DNA of 64,000 nt from Candidatus Lloydbacteria bacterium RIFCSPHIGHO2_02_FULL_50_18 (GCA_001821395.1 MHLM01000012.1:32001-96000), one strand, 5' to 3'. Shown: positions 1 through 8,406, counted from the stretch's first letter. Notes: generated from the letters alone by a model not told the origin. Made by a program: numbers and translations.

Positions 1-47
1 TTGTTTCATATGCAAGCCTGTTTGGAAGTGTTTTGCCCCACTTCCGT

Positions 48-139
48 GGGAGAATCGAAGCCTTTTCCCTTATTTTTGAAGGATTCATATCCTGAAAAAA
101 TGGGAAATGGGCACTGAAACTGTAAGTTTCGATTCTCCC
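48..139. repeat. Structured repeat element, copy 1 (about 92 nt); the second copy is at 3191-3283
   Basis: About 75% identity to 3191-3283 over roughly 90 nt. A terminal inverted repeat GGGAGAATCGAA...TTCGATTCTCCC encloses conserved inner hairpins (GGATTCATATCC; TTCCC/GGGAA). Confidence 0.6.
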
Positions 140-143
140 TACC

Positions 144-312
144 CGCACTAGGAACGAGCGTGATAAAAGGCCCTTCATAGGGCTTTTTATCACCGAGTGA
201 CGACGTGCGGGAGGCTTTGCCTACGCGCACTAGGATGAACAACGAGCGTGATAAAAGGCCCTTCATAGGGCTTTTTATCACCGAGTGACGACGTGCGGGA
301 GGCTTTGCCTAC
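144..312. repeat. Tandem direct repeat, 2 units (81 and 87 bp), each containing the terminator-like hairpin AAAAGGCCCTTCATAGGGCTTTTT
   Basis: The units are near-identical, with a 6-nt insertion in unit 2; they could be aligned directly by eye. Confidence 0.8.
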
Positions 313-496
313 TCAGCAGTCATTTTTGATCAACTTGAGCTTTTGGTGTGCTGCTCACAAAGAATATACGTTTTTTATGAAATACAGGTAAATGCAAAGC
401 ATTTTCTCCTTAAAAAATTAAACGTCGGCAATAAAATATTTTTTCTGAAATTCGTCAATAATTCCTAAAATATGTGATTTTAAGCATTTTTTGAAC

Positions 497-545
497 TTAT
501 CCACACCTGCTGTGCATAAAAACTGTGGATAAGTCTGTGGAAAGT
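497..545. promoter_or_regulatory. DnaA-box cluster: TTATCCACA (497-505), inverted TGTGGATAA (524-532) and degenerate TGTGGAAAG, next to an AT-rich tract (about 366-480)
   Basis: Two perfect consensus DnaA 9-mers in inverted orientation 18 bp apart, with an AT-rich tract just upstream. Confidence 0.4.
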
Positions 546-706
546 GGGTATAAAGGACATTATAATGACTTTTATTATGTCCTTTAGGAATTTGATTGAG
601 GGCGGCGTTGTGCCGTTTCACGGAAAGCAAAGAATTAATGTTACTACGTAACAAATTAAGCAACAGTACAATATATCTGACTTGAATAACGTAAATTGGG
701 TTTCAC

Positions 707-1126
707 ATGAAACTGAATAGTGAGAAACTTGAAAAAATGGGACAAATTACTGAAAAACAGCAAATAGGGAGGACCGGAGAGGATATTGCATGCTTGTTTC
801 TCGTGAAACGTGGCTTTCAAATCGTTGAGCGTAATTTTTGGAAGAAGGTCGGTGAAATAGATATTATTTGCACAAAAGAGGAAAAATTTTACTTTGTTGA
901 AGTAAAAACGATCGTAAAAAGAGGTGTTTCACGTGAAATGAGCGATAATTATCGTCCAGAAGATAATCTGCATGCTCAAAAGATCGTTCGACTTGGAAGA
1001 GCAATTGATATTTACCTTGAAGAGCAAAATATTGATGGTGATTGGGAAATACTTGGGGTCATGATAATTATTGACCCAAAGACTAAGATTGCAAAAGTGT
1101 CGCTTTTGGAAAATTTCGCCTGGTAG
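707..1126 (+). CDS. yraN: UPF0102 / YraN family endonuclease-like protein
   Basis: GEDIA...GF.IVERN...GEIDII...FVEVK motifs typical of the YraN family; the true start may be M11 at 737. Confidence 0.7.
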   Translation: MKLNSEKLEKMGQITEKQQIGRTGEDIACLFLVKRGFQIVERNFWKKVGEIDIICTKEEKFYFVEVKTIVKRGVSREMSDNYRPEDNLHAQKIVRLGRAIDIYLEEQNIDGDWEILGVMIIIDPKTKIAKVSLLENFAW

Positions 1127-1403
1127 TCTTTTCACGTGAAACATAATGAACGAGAAGGATGACGGACCCAGGTCATAAGGTCGTTTTGTCTATTATGGGT
1201 GTTTCACGTGAAATCCTGCCTCAAATCTGTCTTGATCATCGCTTTGTTTTTGCGGTTTTATGTTTAGTGAAAGATAACTACAAAGTATAAATGAGCATAG
1301 CGCTGCTTGGGGATTACTCTTGAATTTTTTATGAGTATAATATGGAAAAGACAATCTTTATGAACAGGTTGCGTAGTTTAAAATTCTATGATATAATATT
1401 TCC

Positions 1404-1688
1404 ATGACTGATTCAAAACGCACCGAGTTGACACTGCATGCGATCGAGATCATTCACGGATCTCGTCTTTCAAGCGACGAGAAGATGATGCTTGAGGGGA
1501 GAATCCCGTTTATCTCTGATTCCATGCTTGAAATGTTTGTGCAGGTTTGCGATGAAGATCCGTTCGGCGTTGATGCAATCGTTAAAAATCTAAAGAAGAA
1601 ACTTGATGCAGGAGGGAATTTAAAACGATTGCATGAGATCGTAAAACAGGAGCGCAGGGAAATCGAAGATTCATTAGTCCTAGGATAA
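1404..1688 (+). CDS. Hypothetical acidic protein (94 aa)
   Basis: Intact ORF preceded by an AT-rich promoter-like region with TATAAT; no recognizable domain. Confidence 0.4.
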   Translation: MTDSKRTELTLHAIEIIHGSRLSSDEKMMLEGRIPFISDSMLEMFVQVCDEDPFGVDAIVKNLKKKLDAGGNLKRLHEIVKQERREIEDSLVLG

Positions 1689-1698
1689 TAAATTTTAT

Positions 1699-2835
1699 AT
1701 GAGCGAGAAAATTCAGCAACAGGCAGAAGACGGAGAGGTGCAGCAAATTTCTTCCTTGACTGACATTGATTCAAGCACTAGGACGACAAGCACCGAGGAA
1801 GGTGATGGCGTTGTCACGGGTGATATCGGTACATCAGAAACGGTTTTTCCGCAGTTTGGTACCGTCGGAGATGTGGGAGAAACCTATGAATTGACGAGTA
1901 ATTTTTCCGAACTCGGTGATCCGATGCAAACTCTGGAACGATCACAACTACTTTGGGATGCACTTGCGCCGGAGGTTGTTGATCGACTCCTCGCAGATTC
2001 TCCGTTTAGCAGCGAGGAATTTTTGGCACTACCTGATGCAGATAAGAATGCCGCGCTTAATATCGTTGAAGATAGCGCAGTCGCTGCTGCCATGGCGCAG
2101 GAAGCCCCATCCGCCCGTGTCGCAGTGGTTTCATCAGAACTTACCCTAGCTGACGATCAGTCGATCGCGGCGAAGTCGATGAGGTGGGGTCGGTCTCTCG
2201 GTGCCGCATTAATAGTGGGGCTTGGCGCAACCCTTGCGCCGGGTGTTGCAAGTGCCGGTGGTCATGATGATAATATTTTCAAGTCATTTGGAGATAGCAT
2301 CGTGCATGGAGTTAAAAGAGATGTGCGTGAGGCGGGGAGAGATAGCGGCGCGGTGTTGGGAGGGGTTGTGCGCATCATCATCGATCGTTCGGTAAATCAG
2401 ACAGCAGTGCAAATACTTGGAGCGGCCGGAGTGCCGGCACAGCAGGCCCCGGAGGAAGTTGTTGTTGTGCCGAGAAGTGTTCCTGGCGCGTATGGCGGCG
2501 GATACGGAGGTCAATACGAAGTACGCGGACGGAGTGCCGGCGAATACGAAGCGCATGGATACGGCGGTCGCGGAATGGAGAGCAGTGAGCGTATTCGCAT
2601 AAAACAGGATATTAACCGTCTCGTGTCACAAGAGAGGGCACTCACAATTCAGGCGGAAAATTCACGGAGAACGGTAATGCAAACTTACGCTCAGTTGAGC
2701 GGGAGCAGAAATGACCTGAGTCTTCGGGCAAGATATGATGCAGAGCGGAGCCAGTACGAATATACCGTGGGAATGATTAGGACTCTCCGGGGTCAGATCG
2801 GCGACCTGAGCGGTAGACTCAGTCAGACGCCATAA
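1699..2835 (+). CDS. Hypothetical acidic protein with a central hydrophobic segment, a GYGG-repeat region and a C-terminal coiled coil (378 aa)
   Basis: Long ORF ending in a terminator hairpin at about 2857-2890; the composition (TM-like GAALIVGLGATLAPGVASAGG, GYGGGYGG repeats) suggests a surface or secreted protein. Confidence 0.5.
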   Translation: MSEKIQQQAEDGEVQQISSLTDIDSSTRTTSTEEGDGVVTGDIGTSETVFPQFGTVGDVGETYELTSNFSELGDPMQTLERSQLLWDALAPEVVDRLLADSPFSSEEFLALPDADKNAALNIVEDSAVAAAMAQEAPSARVAVVSSELTLADDQSIAAKSMRWGRSLGAALIVGLGATLAPGVASAGGHDDNIFKSFGDSIVHGVKRDVREAGRDSGAVLGGVVRIIIDRSVNQTAVQILGAAGVPAQQAPEEVVVVPRSVPGAYGGGYGGQYEVRGRSAGEYEAHGYGGRGMESSERIRIKQDINRLVSQERALTIQAENSRRTVMQTYAQLSGSRNDLSLRARYDAERSQYEYTVGMIRTLRGQIGDLSGRLSQTP

Positions 2836-2856
2836 GGTGTTGATCAGCGTCTGGTG

Positions 2857-2890
2857 AAAAACATCCCATATTCGATGGGGTGTTTTTATT
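2857..2890 (+). terminator. Rho-independent terminator
   Basis: Hairpin AACATCCCAT...ATGGGGTGTT followed by TTTTTATT. Confidence 0.5.
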
Positions 2891-2956
2891 ATCGCAAACG
2901 AGATAGTTGCCCTAATTTGAATTTTAAGCTACTCTTGCGACACGACCGAAGTATAT

Positions 2957-3037
2957 CGGGGCGTGGTGTAATGGCTAACATGTCTGGTTTTCAGGATAGA
3001 GACCAGATGACAAGAGACAGCGTGACGTAGTGAGGAA
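2957..3037 (+). pseudogene. Partial tRNA-Pro copy: the 5' half duplicated with its upstream flank, an altered 15-nt anticodon loop and no T-arm
   Basis: 2948-2990 is near-identical to 3038-3080, but the downstream sequence does not fold into a T-arm or acceptor stem. Confidence 0.6.
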
Positions 3038-3046
3038 GAAGTATAT

Positions 3047-3119
3047 CGGGGCGTGGTGTAACGGCTAACATGTCTGGTTTGGGACCAGATGACTCCGGGT
3101 TCGAATCCCGGCGCCCCGA
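3047..3119 (+). tRNA. tRNA-Pro (anticodon UGG)
   Basis: Manual cloverleaf: 7-bp acceptor CGGGGCG/CGCCCCG, D-arm, anticodon stem TCTGG/CCAGA with loop TTTGGGA, T-arm CCGGG-TTCGAAT-CCCGG, discriminator A, and no encoded CCA. Confidence 0.85.
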
Positions 3120-3163
3120 CTAAATAAAGAAAAGACCTTCAAGGAGGTCTTTTCTTTATTTAG
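3120..3163. other. Perfect 18-bp-stem hairpin (CTAAATAAAGAAAAGACC / GGTCTTTTCTTTATTTAG)
   Basis: Read directly from the sequence immediately downstream of the tRNA. Confidence 0.7.
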
Positions 3164-3190
3164 TCGAAGGCGCGAGGAGCACAGCTCCGA

Positions 3191-3283
3191 GAGGGATTCG
3201 AAGCCCTTCTCCCATATTTATGAAGGATTCTTATCCTGAGTAAATGGGAAAGGGGTACTGACGCAGTAGGCGTCGAAATTCCC
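3191..3283. repeat. Structured repeat element, copy 2, fused to a duplicated 3' end of tRNA-Pro (TTCCCGGCGCCCCGACTAAATAAA at about 3275-3300)
   Basis: Aligns to 48-139. The tRNA 3'-terminal 24 nt is repeated about 160 bp downstream of the intact tRNA. Confidence 0.6.
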
Positions 3284-3412
3284 GGCGCCCCGACTAAATA
3301 AAAAAACTGCCTTTTGGCGGTTTTTTTATTAAATCTTCAAGATTGAAAATCACCTGCGGCGGTAAGGGTAGATCTCAGTTTTCAATGACTGAGAAGGCGT
3401 CATCGATAAAAA

Positions 3413-3430
3413 GTGTTTCACGTGGAACAC
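3413..3430. promoter_or_regulatory. 18-bp near-palindrome GTGTTTCACGTGGAACAC upstream of the che operon
   Basis: Belongs to the TTTCACGTGAAA motif family clustered at 700-1213; lies 50-90 bp upstream of the cheW start. Confidence 0.4.
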
Positions 3431-3476
3431 CTGCGAGCTCGCAATGAATAACTTCTCACGATAGAATGAGTTTCTT

Positions 3477-4058
3477 GTGAAGAATCCCGAATACGAAGAA
3501 GGTGGACATGATGAAAAAAAAGACCTATTCCTTTTTGAGTTGGACGGGGATCTTTACGCTGTACCCGTTGAACTCGTCGATCGAGTAATGAAAATACCTC
3601 CGATCACTCCGATCCCCAATGCGCCGGCGGCAATTGTTGGTATCTTCCACTTGCGCGGAAAGGTCGTTTTGACCCTCGACCTCTCAAGTCGTATGGGTAT
3701 TTCCAGAATGAAGCCCTTAAGTCAAAACTTTCTTTTTGTCGTGCGGTATAAAAATGATCAGTTCGCCATTTTGATCGATACACCTAAGGTCATTGTACAC
3801 ATCCCAGCGAGCGAAATTCATCGTCCCGACTCCATTCTTACGGCCCGATTATCACCGCAATATGTCCAGGGAACCTTCATGTTTCAGGAGGTAACAAAAG
3901 TGAAAGTCCCTAATCATTCGATCTTCATCGAGCATATTGGTGGGGTTGACCGGAGGCCTGAAGAAATTCCACCATCACTTCGACCGGTACTCCTCCTTGA
4001 CCTTGAGCGAGTCCTTGACCAGGAGGATCTTCAGCACATGTTTATTTCACAGGAGTAA
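3477..4058 (+). CDS. cheW: Chemotaxis coupling protein CheW
   Basis: CheW-like domain (FxLRGxVxxVLDL-like motifs); an alternative ATG start at 3509 has a GAAGGTGG ribosome-binding site. Confidence 0.8.
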   Translation: MKNPEYEEGGHDEKKDLFLFELDGDLYAVPVELVDRVMKIPPITPIPNAPAAIVGIFHLRGKVVLTLDLSSRMGISRMKPLSQNFLFVVRYKNDQFAILIDTPKVIVHIPASEIHRPDSILTARLSPQYVQGTFMFQEVTKVKVPNHSIFIEHIGGVDRRPEEIPPSLRPVLLLDLERVLDQEDLQHMFISQE

Positions 4059-4079
4059 AGTCTATGGTACAATTTTAGT

Positions 4080-4442
4080 ATGGCAAAGGATATAAAAATA
4101 CTTCTTGTTGATGACTCAGCTTTTATGCGTAAGGTATTGCGTGACATCTTTGAAAGTGCCGGATATACGAATTTCATAGAGGCGGGAAATGGAACAGAAG
4201 CGATCCAAAAATTCAGAACAGAGAAGCCCGATTTTATCTTTCTTGATATCATCATGCCTGACGTGAACGGTATGGATGTACTTCGTGAGATCGGGAGCGA
4301 AGCGAAGGTCATCGTCGTATCGGCGGTTGGACAAAAGGATGTGATCGAGCAGGCAAAAACACTTGGTGCACTCGATTACATCGTAAAGCCTTTTGATCGT
4401 GATCAGGTGCTCGAAAAGGCCCAGCGGCATTTCGGTCAGTAA
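4080..4442 (+). CDS. cheY: Chemotaxis response regulator CheY
   Basis: Single receiver domain with DD...D...K residues, 120 aa. Confidence 0.85.
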   Translation: MAKDIKILLVDDSAFMRKVLRDIFESAGYTNFIEAGNGTEAIQKFRTEKPDFIFLDIIMPDVNGMDVLREIGSEAKVIVVSAVGQKDVIEQAKTLGALDYIVKPFDRDQVLEKAQRHFGQ

Positions 4443-4456
4443 GTAGCCCGACACGC

Positions 4457-5566
4457 TTGGTCAAATGTTTCATGAATAGTCAACCAACCGAAAAGATCCG
4501 TGTACTTATTGCAGATGATTCTTTTTTTATACGCACCTATCTTCAGGAGGTATTGAAAGCAAGTGAATCGATCGAAGTCGTTGGGCTTGCTTCATCGGGA
4601 ATCGAAGTAGTTGAGTTGGCACGTAAATTAAAACCCCATGTGATCACGATGGATTATCACATGCCGGGAAAAAATGGAATTGAAGCAACCGCAGAGATTA
4701 TGCGTGATGATCACCCGCTTCCGGCAATCATCATGCTTTCTGCTTTCGAGGGGGATGATGGCGAACATGTTCGAAAGACCCTTTTGTCCACCGGTGCCCA
4801 TGTGATCGAAAAACCGTCGGGAGAAGTGTCTCTTGATATAGAAAAGATTGCACGCACTATCGTACAACGGATCGAGGAGGTCGGGTGGACCGAAGTACGC
4901 ATGCGACACTCCTTTGCCCGCATGAAACACACTAGGGAACGAAGCCTAAATGGGCAGGATCGCACACTGCCATTTTCGGGGGTTGTCGTGATCGGTGCGT
5001 CTACCGGTGGGCCATCCTTGGTTGAAGGTTTGATCAAGTCGTTTGATCAGTATCACGGAATTTCGATCGTGATAGTTCAGCACATGTCTGCATATTTTAC
5101 TTCGCTGTTTGCTGAGCGGCTCGGACACGTTACCTCATTCCGTGTTTATGAAGCAAAGAGCGGAGACGTTCTTCTTCCGAACGATGCCCTCGTTGTCCCC
5201 GGTGGTTCTTTTTTGTTACCTACTTCGCTACCGGGTTCCCCGATGTGCAGCTTTGATATTATCGAAAGTGAAACTCATGCACCGGAGGCGCAGATCGACA
5301 ATTCGATGCGCGCGATAGCCGCTTGTTACCAGGGACCAATCGCCGGCGTATTACTTTCCGGAATGGGAAATGACGGAGCCGTCGGACTGCACGCACTGCG
5401 ATTGCGTGGAGGACTTTGTCTTGCGCAGGATCCGGAAACAGCACCGGTGCGTTCTATGCCGGCGCATGCGATTGATAGCGGTGAGGCAGTCGGAGTGCGG
5501 ATAGAGGATATCCCCGAACGTATCATGAGTCATTTTCGTCGACCATCACCGTCACGGCTTGCGTGA
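4457..5566 (+). CDS. cheB: Protein-glutamate methylesterase CheB (receiver plus methylesterase domains)
   Basis: N-terminal receiver domain followed by a CheB methylesterase domain (GASTGGP, HM..F, GG motifs). Confidence 0.85.
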   Translation: MVKCFMNSQPTEKIRVLIADDSFFIRTYLQEVLKASESIEVVGLASSGIEVVELARKLKPHVITMDYHMPGKNGIEATAEIMRDDHPLPAIIMLSAFEGDDGEHVRKTLLSTGAHVIEKPSGEVSLDIEKIARTIVQRIEEVGWTEVRMRHSFARMKHTRERSLNGQDRTLPFSGVVVIGASTGGPSLVEGLIKSFDQYHGISIVIVQHMSAYFTSLFAERLGHVTSFRVYEAKSGDVLLPNDALVVPGGSFLLPTSLPGSPMCSFDIIESETHAPEAQIDNSMRAIAACYQGPIAGVLLSGMGNDGAVGLHALRLRGGLCLAQDPETAPVRSMPAHAIDSGEAVGVRIEDIPERIMSHFRRPSPSRLA

Positions 5567-7250
5567 TATAATCAACCATATGCCGTTGAACATGAATAAG
5601 TATAAGGATCTCTTCTGCGCGGAAGCAGAGGAGCAGCTTGCAATACTCTCTCGTTTATTGCTTGTGCTTGAGAAATCAACAAACCACATGGAATACCATG
5701 AGGAGTTAATGCGCAGCGCACACACCATCAAGGGTGCCGCTGCGACAATGGGGTATGCTTCAATGGCAGAACTTGCTCATGCGGTTGAAGATATTTTTCA
5801 TGCAGCCGAGCGGGGTGCCCTTGTGGTTGATACACGGATCATTACACTATTGCTCTCAGCGATCGACCTCATGACGCATTCACTCGCCTCGATCAAGAGT
5901 AGTGACGTTGAACTTCCCAGTAAGGAAGTTGTTGATAAATTGAAAAAAATTCTTGAAGAAAATGCCGGTGTACAGACCGTTGTTCCGCAAGAAAAAACCG
6001 GTACTGATGTTCAGCAATTGCATATCGTCACTCCGGATACCATCAAGGTTAGTGTCGAAAAACTCGATACATTAATGGGGCTATTTGAGGAAATGTTGAT
6101 GCTCAGACTGAAGGCAAATTCAATGATCGAGCCTGCTGTGGAATTTGTTCGGACGACGACTGACCCTGTATTGAAGCAGCAATTATTCTTCATTGCCGAG
6201 CTCGAGGCATTGTTTGCAGAACTTGCGCGGCTCATGACTGAGCATCAAGACGCTCTTCTTGCTATTCGCCTCGTTCCCCTTGAACAGATCTTCGGCCAGT
6301 TCCCTCGTATGGTGAGGGATCTGTCGGTGCGAGAAGAAAAAGCGATCGAATTTTTTGTTGAAGGTGGAGATATCGCCTTAGACCGTACCGTGATCGAGGG
6401 CCTTGGCGGTGCACTAGCGCATCTTCTTCGCAATGCGGTCGACCACGGGATCGTTTCACGTGGAACAATATCTCTTTCGGCGGTAAGGGAAAAGGGACGC
6501 GTACGGATCTTTGTGGAGGATTCGGGCGCCGGGATCGATTATGGGCGGGTCAAAGAGGTGGCAACGGCTCAAGGGGTAGGCACGAGTGAAGAGATCGCAC
6601 TTATGGGAAACGAACAGCTCGCAGAATTATTGTTTCATCAAAATATGTCGACCAACAAAGTGGTGACGGATATTTCGGGAAGAGGAGTTGGTCTTGCTGC
6701 GGTGCGCGGGTTTGCTGAGGATGTCGGAGGACGCGTTGAAGTCATTTCTCCCATTCCGGAAATAGGGAAGGGGACCCGCTTTGTTCTTGATCTTCCGATC
6801 TCTCTTGCAACAGTGCGCGTGCTCGTCGTGCAAGCACGAGGGTACACATTTGCGATACCTTTCGATCATGTCATTAAAACACTTCACTTTGAAACGCGGG
6901 AGGTCGGTGACGCGGCGCATCAGGAAACACTTTTTCTCGACGGGACATTGTTGCCGCTGATGCATCTCGATAAAATTCTCAAACTATCATACGGTTCCGC
7001 TCCATCTCCGGAACATTCTCGAACCGCGGTGTTGATCCGAACGGGAGAGAAAACATTTCTTCTCGAAGTAGATGCGTGCACGGGTGAACAAGACCTATTG
7101 ATCAAATCGCTTCCTCCGGTTCTCCGTAATAATAAGGGATTTTCAGGCTCAGCGCTTCTCCCGGACGGACGAACAATATTATTACTCGATGGCCATGGTT
7201 TACTCATACAAGCAATAGACGATATACTGAACACCCAATCATTATCTTAA
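5559..7250 (+). CDS. cheA: Chemotaxis histidine kinase CheA
   Basis: Hpt domain (HTIKGAAATMG), HATPase domain (HLLRNAVDHGI, GRGVGL) and a C-terminal CheW-like domain; overlaps the cheB stop by 8 nt. Confidence 0.9.
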   Translation: MRDIINHMPLNMNKYKDLFCAEAEEQLAILSRLLLVLEKSTNHMEYHEELMRSAHTIKGAAATMGYASMAELAHAVEDIFHAAERGALVVDTRIITLLLSAIDLMTHSLASIKSSDVELPSKEVVDKLKKILEENAGVQTVVPQEKTGTDVQQLHIVTPDTIKVSVEKLDTLMGLFEEMLMLRLKANSMIEPAVEFVRTTTDPVLKQQLFFIAELEALFAELARLMTEHQDALLAIRLVPLEQIFGQFPRMVRDLSVREEKAIEFFVEGGDIALDRTVIEGLGGALAHLLRNAVDHGIVSRGTISLSAVREKGRVRIFVEDSGAGIDYGRVKEVATAQGVGTSEEIALMGNEQLAELLFHQNMSTNKVVTDISGRGVGLAAVRGFAEDVGGRVEVISPIPEIGKGTRFVLDLPISLATVRVLVVQARGYTFAIPFDHVIKTLHFETREVGDAAHQETLFLDGTLLPLMHLDKILKLSYGSAPSPEHSRTAVLIRTGEKTFLLEVDACTGEQDLLIKSLPPVLRNNKGFSGSALLPDGRTILLLDGHGLLIQAIDDILNTQSLS

Positions 7251-7255
7251 GTATT

Positions 7256-7921
7256 ATGCCATCACTATTTCAACTCACAGAAAATGATAATGACCAGTTA
7301 CGAGAACTTGTAAATATCGGAGTTTCGCATGCCGGAGACACGTTGTCTTTGATGATGGGGAAACATATCACGGTAAGTATTCCGGGGATATCCGTACAAA
7401 GCGCATCCACTACGCTCTGTTTGCCGCAAGGTGATGAGGATCTCACCGTCTCAGTGTTGCTCCGCGTATACGGGTTAATTAATGGATATGTCTTTTTGTT
7501 TTTTCCGCGCACTGCCGCTCTCCGCTTGCTGCAAGTACTTTCAGGAAAGAGTATCAGCGATGTGCGCGCACTCGATCGATTCGACCGGTCAATATTTCAA
7601 GAACTAGGAAACGTGATCACCGGCGGTACGTTGAACGGACTATCAAAATTTCTCCACATCGAGATGCTTCACTCCGTCCCCAACGTTGTCGTGGATATGA
7701 GTGGTGCAATATTCAATTCCTTATCAGCATCGATGGTGAAGCAGCACGAGGAATTTCTTTCTCTTGATGTTTCGATCTGCATCGATTCTCCATCGAGCTC
7801 TGCTGTGTGTGTTGATAGCGAGGCCTCCGCTGCGCGCATGTATCTTTTTATGGGACCGGATGCCGTGGAGAGGATCCTTGCGATCACCAATGCGATGATC
7901 GGCAAAAAAAATGACCTATGA
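7256..7921 (+). CDS. cheC: CheC-family CheY-P phosphatase
   Basis: Two ExxN-type repeats (ELVNIGVSHAGDTLS; QELGNVITGG) typical of the CheC/FliY/CheX family. Confidence 0.7.
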   Translation: MPSLFQLTENDNDQLRELVNIGVSHAGDTLSLMMGKHITVSIPGISVQSASTTLCLPQGDEDLTVSVLLRVYGLINGYVFLFFPRTAALRLLQVLSGKSISDVRALDRFDRSIFQELGNVITGGTLNGLSKFLHIEMLHSVPNVVVDMSGAIFNSLSASMVKQHEEFLSLDVSICIDSPSSSAVCVDSEASAARMYLFMGPDAVERILAITNAMIGKKNDL

Positions 7922-8406
7922 GCAATACTATCGAAATACGGATTGCTGAGCTTTTTGTTGGTGATCAGTCGAATGTCATCATCACAAAGGGGGTCGGCTC
8001 ATGTATCGTGATCGTCCTCTATGATCGCCTCGTGCGCATCGGAGGGATGGCACATGCGATACTTCCAGAAGCGAGCATCGAGCATGCAGAGGTTGGTGTG
8101 CATGTGGATTTAGGAAAACGATTTGTGAAGTATGCGGATCTTGCAGTGGACACATTGATCGCTGATATGGAGTCATTGGGTGGAACACGGCAGCATCTTG
8201 TCGCAAAATTGATCGGAGGTGCGCATATGTTTGCGTTGCTTGAAGGTGATACGTTTGGTATCGGGTGGGAAAATACAGAAAGTGCACGCGCGCGATTGGT
8301 CCACCATGGAATACCGATTGAAACGGAGGTGGTAGGCGGAACGGTCGGTCGGAATGTACGTCTTGATTGTGCAACAGGCATCGTCGAGATTATCACGAAG
8401 GTTTAA
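7918..8406 (+). CDS. cheD: Chemoreceptor glutamine deamidase CheD
   Basis: GVGSCIVIVLYD and GMAHAILP motifs typical of the CheD family; start codon overlaps the cheC stop. Confidence 0.8.
   Translation: MSNTIEIRIAELFVGDQSNVIITKGVGSCIVIVLYDRLVRIGGMAHAILPEASIEHAEVGVHVDLGKRFVKYADLAVDTLIADMESLGGTRQHLVAKLIGGAHMFALLEGDTFGIGWENTESARARLVHHGIPIETEVVGGTVGRNVRLDCATGIVEIITKV

Noticed and set aside
6-663. ORF-track ORFs 6-281 (-) and 418-663 (-)
   Set aside because: They lie over the repeat elements, terminator hairpins and the AT-rich DnaA-box region. They have no ribosome-binding site and their composition is driven by the repeats.
2957-3037. Upstream tRNA-like copy as a second functional tRNA, or as an intron-containing tRNA
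   Set aside because: The sequence after the anticodon arm cannot form a T-arm or acceptor stem. It is a partial duplication, not a gene.
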